Origin: an uncultured archaeon
GTDB lineage: Archaea > Asgardarchaeota > Njordarchaeia > Njordarchaeales > Njordarchaeaceae
Assembly: GCA_965367995.1 (NCBI GenBank)
Contig: CBDULE010000028.1
Coordinates: 1 to 11,902, forward strand
Direction of reading: 5' to 3'
Length of the DNA: 11,902 nucleotides
The notes under the pieces: model-generated
The model's input: the letters and a program-made list of their open reading frames with translations, nothing else
Told to the model about the DNA's origin: nothing
Database searches by the model: none
Translations under genes and position numbers: made by a program
In this document: positions 7,501 to 11,902 of the stretch, piece by piece
Layout of the letters: the number at the start of each line of letters is the position of its first letter
Numbering within the stretch: the stretch's first letter is position 1

Positions 7501-8590
7501 TAAGAGGTTAAAAGAAAAATATGAGAGAGCTCAGATAGATCCAGGAGAAGCAGCAGGAACTGTTGCTGCGCAATCAATTTGCGAACCTGCAACACAGCTC
7601 ACTCTGAGAACATTTCACTGGGCTGGTGTTGCTGCATTTAGCATTACCACAGGATTGCCGAGACTTAAAGAGATCTTCGATGCCGTAGAAAAACCGAGTA
7701 CACCAATGATTACAGTATACCTAAAAAAGGATTATGCGTATGATGAGAAGAAGGCATGGAAAATATTTGATCAAATTAAAGGAATCAAACTCGAGGACAT
7801 TATAGTACAGGGGGGAATGATCATTAACCCAGTCGAAGATTATGTCGAAATAAGAATTGATAGAACGGCCATAATATCGAAGGAGAGCAGTGCTGAAGAC
7901 AAAATGAAAACAAGTAAACATAATGTTTCGCTTGAGGAGATAATTAATGCGATAAATAGAATTGGGAAAAATGTTAGGGTTGAGCAAGACCCTCAGGATC
8001 CATATGTTCTTTACGTCTATCCTGGAGAGAACATGAATGTAATAGAACTCTATAAGAAGCTCAGAAATCTTGTTATAAAAGGACAAAAAGAGTATACTAG
8101 AGCGCAGATAAGAAAGCAAGAAGGCGGAGAATATTATATATTGATCTCCAGCACAGAACTAACACCACTGCTATACATGGAAGGAGTTGACATAAGCAGA
8201 TTAGAAACAAACAATATACACCAATTTGCAAAAATATTTGGAATTGAAGCCGCTAGAAGGCTAATAGTCAAAGAAGCAAGGGATGTCCTTGAAGGATACG
8301 GTCTAGAGGTCGATGTGAGACACATTCTTTATGCAGCTGATGCTATGACATTACAGGGTAAAGTAGAGGCGATAGGTAGGTACGGTATTGCTGGAAAGAA
8401 GATGAGTTTACTTGCAAGAGCTTCGTTTGAAGAAACTGGAAAGCACTTATTCAGAGCGGCTGCGGTCGGAATGTTTGATCCGCTTCAAGGCGCAACTGAA
8501 AATGTTATTGTTGGAGGCGTACCTCCTGTAGGAACTGGAGTGGTAAGACTTGGTTTCATGAAGAGGTTTAAGGTTGAAGAGGGCGAATGA
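4517..8590 (+). CDS. rpo1: DNA-directed RNA polymerase subunit A, unsplit (A' and A'' in one polypeptide, 1357 aa)
   Basis: Contains Zn-binding CKKCG...CLGHFGHIEL, FNRQPTLHRISMMGH, the catalytic NADFDGDEMNVH (6065 onward), bridge helix segment, and trigger loop segment RTFHWAG. The frame is uninterrupted through the usual A'/A'' junction. Confidence 0.98.
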   Translation: MKYKIPKRLVGITFGILSPDEIKKIGDVKISQPELYSERGEGFPGGPLDPRLGAPDNVNRCKKCGLRRIEGTTGCLGHFGHIELAKPIYHLGFVKHIEKVLNAVCERCGRLTLPPEKRDAYWKKMEVFIKRYGYPSFDIAKEILAEAAKVKKCPYCGHEKLGKFVFDKDNLTFIKRIEISEEELKKREWMEFIRNLGIPAHIRKLSVSKGKKKGKRYINIYYNPESIRQILSQIYPAEVLPEDELKERRKDVFLIGFHPDHARPEWTILQVLPVPPITVRPPVITAEGKRTEDQLTLILRDIIRINEQLMSKSKGGPPQVIENLWNQLQKRVKALFGLHKLGELKMERTYVKGIIHRLSGKEGRFRHNLSGKRVNYSGRAVISPDPYLSIDEIGVPEKMARKLLFPEVVNELNSEKLKQLVINGAAIYPGAEFVYKKQAPGVYRKIMVGIFKDRKKREEIARDLKPGDIVERHLMDGDILVFNRQPTLHRISMMGHYVRVLPYNTLRLHLMTCPPYNADFDGDEMNVHLPRSYETKAEIMTLMEVKRHIITARYGGPIIGPKQDFITGAYLLTKPGSILTKEESQQVLFYAGIEELPKESINYDGIEAYDGKKIFSMIIPKYIFYQKDIKGILVGKSAKEKVKTVIWNGELIEGVIEKGAIGAEKPENIVHKIVERWGNDAGKRFLNSLSSMIIRFLTDRGFSLTLWDIIVALEARKEVLEKINEKLKEAEKVVELYLKGELEPEPGKSLEDTFEDKLIEILDQARNEAGEIVISRMNPESQFGIMTLTGARGDETNIAQVLACIGQPVVRGKRLKRGYSNRTLPHFKEKIGIFAGGFAKGNFAIGMSPLEYFFHNAAGRDSLVDTAVRTADSGYFYRRLVNALQDSRIEYDGTARMMSGQILQFKYGGDGVHPGKSYHGKIADYESIFYELLVREEENGKRIKEVSEWPKYYDEFIQRLRNEISYAVALDVKELLKREFENGNILTEGSIQEFYKRLKEKYERAQIDPGEAAGTVAAQSICEPATQLTLRTFHWAGVAAFSITTGLPRLKEIFDAVEKPSTPMITVYLKKDYAYDEKKAWKIFDQIKGIKLEDIIVQGGMIINPVEDYVEIRIDRTAIISKESSAEDKMKTSKHNVSLEEIINAINRIGKNVRVEQDPQDPYVLYVYPGENMNVIELYKKLRNLVIKGQKEYTRAQIRKQEGGEYYILISSTELTPLLYMEGVDISRLETNNIHQFAKIFGIEAARRLIVKEARDVLEGYGLEVDVRHILYAADAMTLQGKVEAIGRYGIAGKKMSLLARASFEETGKHLFRAAAVGMFDPLQGATENVIVGGVPPVGTGVVRLGFMKRFKVEEGE

Positions 8591-8594
8591 AGAG

Positions 8595-9899
8595 TTACAA
8601 AAGAAAGCGTACTTTTTCTAAAATTTTTTCTATTTCCATTTTCCATAAGTTGAATTCTGTTGGATCTTTTGGATATTCTTCAGTTTTTCTAATAATTTGT
8701 CGAATTAGATTTCCTAAGTCATATAATCTCCAAAATATCCGAGATTTTGTAAGTCTAAGAAGCGAAAAAATCGCATCAGTTTTAAGTGAGTTGACATCTT
8801 TAGATACTTTAGTGGGCAAAATGCTCAGGAAATCATATTTATCAGAATCCTTCATCTGCTCTAAAAGTGTTTTTAAAACATAAAAACTCAAGAGATATTT
8901 GCCAGCTGTACGAAAGTATTTAACATTGTACTCCCATAAATCGTTTATAGAGGGCGGATATATCAAATCGAGTTTTCTAATTGCTAAATATGCTAAATTA
9001 GCACCAAGCAAACTTTCATATATCCCAGATGATATAATAGGATTAGCTTGAAAAGCTGATTCTCCTATCAGTATCATACCTTCATACGTTAGATTTAGAA
9101 ATGGATAATACGAAGGATGGACTATGATTCCTTGAAAATGAAGATTTCCTCTTATCGAAAAAATTTTCTTGAAAAATAATACTCGATTAATAGGTTTTGG
9201 TCTTGCAACTTTTACTAAAGAGTCTCTAATAGAAAGACTAATTGAGGAGTTATGAGAATATCCTAAGATGAGTTCAGATGCTATCCTATTATCGAATATT
9301 AATGCCAGACGGTTTTCGTTTTTAAAAAATTCATGTGAGCTATCAATCTCAAAGACGGTTTCTACACTAAACATCTTACTAGTTGTTTTCCAATGATCAG
9401 CTCCAATTCTATTCATCTTATATCTTATACTGCTTAATGTACCAGCAGCGTCTATAAGCAATGAACATTCATAAACATTTCCTGTGTTTGTTTGTACTCT
9501 TATTAAGTCAGTTTTTTTCTTAGGAAGATCAATGTTAATTACCCTACAATTGTCAATTACGGTAGTATATTCCTTAAGATGAGTACCTATTTGCTTAGAT
9601 ATCTTCTCACGGTTTATCTTGATGAGTCTAATGCTGATATCGGAGATAACATCTCCAGAGCGATCAAGTAAAGAAATTCCCTCAATATAATCAAAAAAAT
9701 CTTCATCGGTTTCATCAATATCTAGTTTTTTAATGAAATCCAGAGAGTCTTGAAAAGTAATATTTTTACTTAGCGATTTCCAACAACTATCTATAGCTTT
9801 CTGTTCGAAAATTGCTACTTTAAAACCCTCCTTACCGAGCAATGTCCCTATTAGAGAACCCGCAGGTCCCGCGCCTACTATACAAATATCAAACGACAT
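8595..9899 (-). CDS. FAD-dependent oxidoreductase, geranylgeranyl reductase family-like (434 aa)
   Basis: N-terminal dinucleotide-binding motif DICIVGAGPAGSLIGTLLGKEGFKVAIFEQ; ECSLLIDAAG; C-terminal GMILIGESAFQANPIISSGIYESLLGANLA, corresponding to the FAD-binding GD-type motif. Confidence 0.75.
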   Translation of the reverse strand: MSFDICIVGAGPAGSLIGTLLGKEGFKVAIFEQKAIDSCWKSLSKNITFQDSLDFIKKLDIDETDEDFFDYIEGISLLDRSGDVISDISIRLIKINREKISKQIGTHLKEYTTVIDNCRVINIDLPKKKTDLIRVQTNTGNVYECSLLIDAAGTLSSIRYKMNRIGADHWKTTSKMFSVETVFEIDSSHEFFKNENRLALIFDNRIASELILGYSHNSSISLSIRDSLVKVARPKPINRVLFFKKIFSIRGNLHFQGIIVHPSYYPFLNLTYEGMILIGESAFQANPIISSGIYESLLGANLAYLAIRKLDLIYPPSINDLWEYNVKYFRTAGKYLLSFYVLKTLLEQMKDSDKYDFLSILPTKVSKDVNSLKTDAIFSLLRLTKSRIFWRLYDLGNLIRQIIRKTEEYPKDPTEFNLWKMEIEKILEKVRFLL

Positions 9900-9958
9900 T
9901 TTCTCACACGCATGGTGATTTATTAAATATTTTGGAAGAACGTTTGAAAACTTGAGAA

Positions 9959-10198
9959 TTAACGAGCTTTAGGTGCTACTTTCCATTCCGTATATCCGCA
10001 TCTTCCACAAGACCAGCGATCTGCATGTTCTGCTAAAAATACTCCTGGACCGCATTTAGGACAAGTCTTCCTGAGCCTAATGAGTTTTCCATTTTCTACC
10101 TTGTAGAGCTTAGATACGATGTAAGGTTTCTTTTTCCTCTTCTTCTTTTTTCCAGCTCTTTTCCTAATTCTCTGTTTCTTCTTTACTTTCTTACCCAT
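9959..10198 (-). CDS. rps27ae: 30S ribosomal protein S27ae (eS31)
   Basis: [27 protein letters not shown] zinc ribbon typical of S27ae, preceded by a Lys/Arg-rich N-terminal tail. Confidence 0.95.
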   Translation of the reverse strand: MGKKVKKKQRIRKRAGKKKKRKKKPYIVSKLYKVENGKLIRLRKTCPKCGPGVFLAEHADRWSCGRCGYTEWKVAPKAR

Positions 10199-10211
10199 CT
10201 ATCTCACCTTT

Positions 10212-10493
10212 TCAGATAATCTCATTTCTTTTCAAGATATGTTTAGGTTCTATTTTAAGAAGATTTTCTTTATTCTCATAAACAAAAACCTCAGCGTATG
10301 CCTCATTAACCCCGAACGGTGTTTTAATCCTACGAACAACTACCAGATCCTTATCGACACCTAGGAATTTTGAGACAGCCTCTCTTACATCTTTTCTTGA
10401 TGGAGTTCCTTGCGCTTCATGATTAATTTTAAAGACGTATTCTACTCTTTCTAATAACTTATTTTCAAATTTCCCTATGATTTCCAAACGCAC
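10212..10493 (-). CDS. rps24e: 30S ribosomal protein S24e (eS24)
   Basis: NHEAQGTPSRKDVREAV and TPFGVNEAYAEVFVYE are typical of S24e. GTG start with GGTGAGG just upstream; located just upstream of S27ae on the same strand. Confidence 0.95.
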   Translation of the reverse strand: MRLEIIGKFENKLLERVEYVFKINHEAQGTPSRKDVREAVSKFLGVDKDLVVVRRIKTPFGVNEAYAEVFVYENKENLLKIEPKHILKRNEII

Positions 10494-10551
10494 ATTTCCT
10501 CACCGCTTTCTTCAATAAATTTTTGGCCTTTTAAGTTTGCCTAATGTTAAC

Positions 10552-10567
10552 CATTAAAATATAATCC
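10552..10567 (+). promoter_or_regulatory. Candidate TATA box for the topoisomerase VI subunit B gene
   Basis: ATTAAAATATAAT about 50-60 nt upstream of ATG 10616. Confidence 0.45.
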
Positions 10568-10615
10568 ATTTACCGTAAAATAGATGGGATAAAAATTTTG
10601 TGAAAAGGGTTAAAG

Positions 10616-11902
10616 ATGCCAGCTGTATCAAAATCAGCAGCAGAATTCTTTGCAGAGAACATGAACATTGCTGGTTTTGGTAATCCATATAAGGCGCTTT
10701 ATACTTCAATAAGAGAGCTTGTTGAAAATGGTTTAGATGCTGCGGAGGAAATAGGTGTTCTACCGGAAATTAAAGTTAGGTTAAGGAGACTCTCAAAAGA
10801 GGAACTTTCAAGAATTATTGGGGTAACTGAAGAAATTCAGAGGAGAATTCAAGAGTATCTTCAAGATTTAGCAAAAGCGAGAAAAGGAAAGAAAATTGAG
10901 GAGGAAGAGGAAGAAACAGGAAATGTTGAAATTTTCGAATTAATTGTAGAAGATAACGGTTCTGGAATGGCTTACAAAGAAATACCATTTTTAATGGGTC
11001 AAGTTTTAACATCAACAAAATATGAGCTAAGGCAGCAGAGAGGAAGATTTGGTTTAGGAGGAAAGATGGTATTGATTTATAGTATTAAAGAAACTGGCAC
11101 ACCAATAGAGATTTGGAGTAAAAGACCAGAAGATAATTTTGTATCACATTACATTCTTACTATAGATTTACAGAAAAATGAACCAATAGTCTTGCTGAAA
11201 GAAAGAATAGCTAAAAATAAATTTAGAGATCCATGGGGGAAAAAGTTAGAGCATGGTACAATAATTAAAGTCTACATTCTTGGAGATTGGAAAAGGGCGA
11301 AAAAGTATGTTTATGACTATTTTAAATTAATGGCTGTTATAACACCATATGCTACTTTTGTATTTGAAGATCCTGACGGTAATGTAATAATTTATGAGAG
11401 AGTAACTAAGGAAATGCCTCCTGCGCCAAAGCCTGTTAAATATCATCCACAGGGGATTGATACTCAAATTCTAAGATCACTATTAGACCAAACTAAAGCA
11501 AGAACAATTAAAGAATTCTTTCTAAAAGAATTTCAAGGAGTAACTTCTAAATTGGTTGATGAATTTCTCTCAATCATCGGCATAGATCCAAAAACGCCAA
11601 TTGAAGAAGTCCGCAATAATAGGAAGTTAATTGCTTCGATAGTTGAGGTAGCAAGGAATTTTAAGTTTAGGTCTCCTAAAGCATCGGCTCTTTCTCCTAT
11701 TGGACCAAAGCTATTAGAGGAAGGGATTAGAAAAATATTTGAACCAGAATTCATATACGTAATTCAAAGAAAGCCAGTATCTTATATGGGCCATCCCATG
11801 ATAGTAGAAATTGGAGTAGCGTATGGCGGGAGAGTACCTACTGGAATAAACCTTTATAGATTTGCAAATAGAGTTCCATTGCTTCATAAGGAAAAGAGTG
11901 AT
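10616..11902 (+). CDS. top6B: DNA topoisomerase VI subunit B, 5' part (429 codons, runs off the window)
   Basis: My translation from ATG 10616 gives MPAVSKSAAEFFAENMNIAGFGNPYKALYTSIRELVENGLDAAEE, then EDNGSGM, RGRFGLGGKMVLIYS and ...GVAYGGRVPTGINLYRFANRVPLLHKEKSD. This is the GHKL ATPase and transducer layout of Top6B. The frame is open to base 11902. Confidence 0.95.
   Translation, partial: MPAVSKSAAEFFAENMNIAGFGNPYKALYTSIRELVENGLDAAEEIGVLPEIKVRLRRLSKEELSRIIGVTEEIQRRIQEYLQDLAKARKGKKIEEEEEETGNVEIFELIVEDNGSGMAYKEIPFLMGQVLTSTKYELRQQRGRFGLGGKMVLIYSIKETGTPIEIWSKRPEDNFVSHYILTIDLQKNEPIVLLKERIAKNKFRDPWGKKLEHGTIIKVYILGDWKRAKKYVYDYFKLMAVITPYATFVFEDPDGNVIIYERVTKEMPPAPKPVKYHPQGIDTQILRSLLDQTKARTIKEFFLKEFQGVTSKLVDEFLSIIGIDPKTPIEEVRNNRKLIASIVEVARNFKFRSPKASALSPIGPKLLEEGIRKIFEPEFIYVIQRKPVSYMGHPMIVEIGVAYGGRVPTGINLYRFANRVPLLHKEKSD

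Noticed and set aside
4517-8590. Possible intein or intron in the long polymerase gene
   Set aside because: The extra length relative to A' alone is explained by the fused A'' part; conserved motifs run in order with no splicing-domain sequence.
8587-8883. 98-aa plus-strand ORF starting with ATGA overlap at the rpo1 stop
   Set aside because: The overlap looks like coupling, but the ORF is wholly antisense to the 8595-9899 oxidoreductase, which has a clear dinucleotide-binding motif and good coding pattern.
10815-11018. Minus-strand ORFs at 10815-11018 and 11533-11754
   Set aside because: Antisense to the Top6B frame, which is strongly supported by its GHKL motifs.
1-11902. CRISPR array, transposon, toxin-antitoxin or multi-gene defence system
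   Set aside because: No regularly spaced direct repeats, transposase motifs or terminal inverted repeats seen by eye. The lone nuclease-like domain has no partner genes, so calling a defence system would be unsupported.

Overview
Archaeal, gene-dense, AT-rich window; every assignment is read from the sequence, with no database search. Supported coding content: a COG2403-type predicted P-loop GTPase / cyclic 2,3-diphosphoglycerate synthetase-like protein (1302-2642); a polytopic membrane protein (2935-3747); a small protein resembling the N-terminal nuclease-like domain of type I R subunits, minus strand (3739-4215); an unsplit RNA polymerase largest subunit of 1357 aa (4517-8590); a diverged geranylgeranyl-reductase-like FAD protein, minus strand (8595-9899); ribosomal proteins S27ae and S24e, minus strand (9959-10198, 10212-10493); and the N-terminal part of DNA topoisomerase VI subunit B (10616 to window end, absent from the ORF track because it is truncated). 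Two uncharacterised minus-strand genes lie at 208-771 and 761-1093. The best non-ORF signal is a C/D box guide sRNA at about 1161-1225: it has a C box, a D' box, a C' box, a D box and a closing stem, and one guide appears complementary to the 23S rRNA A-loop. The other notable signal is that the fused polymerase subunit departs from near-universal motifs at the base of the trigger loop (AQSICEPATQ) and in the bridge helix. I found no CRISPR array, transposon, tRNA, rRNA or convincing defence island.
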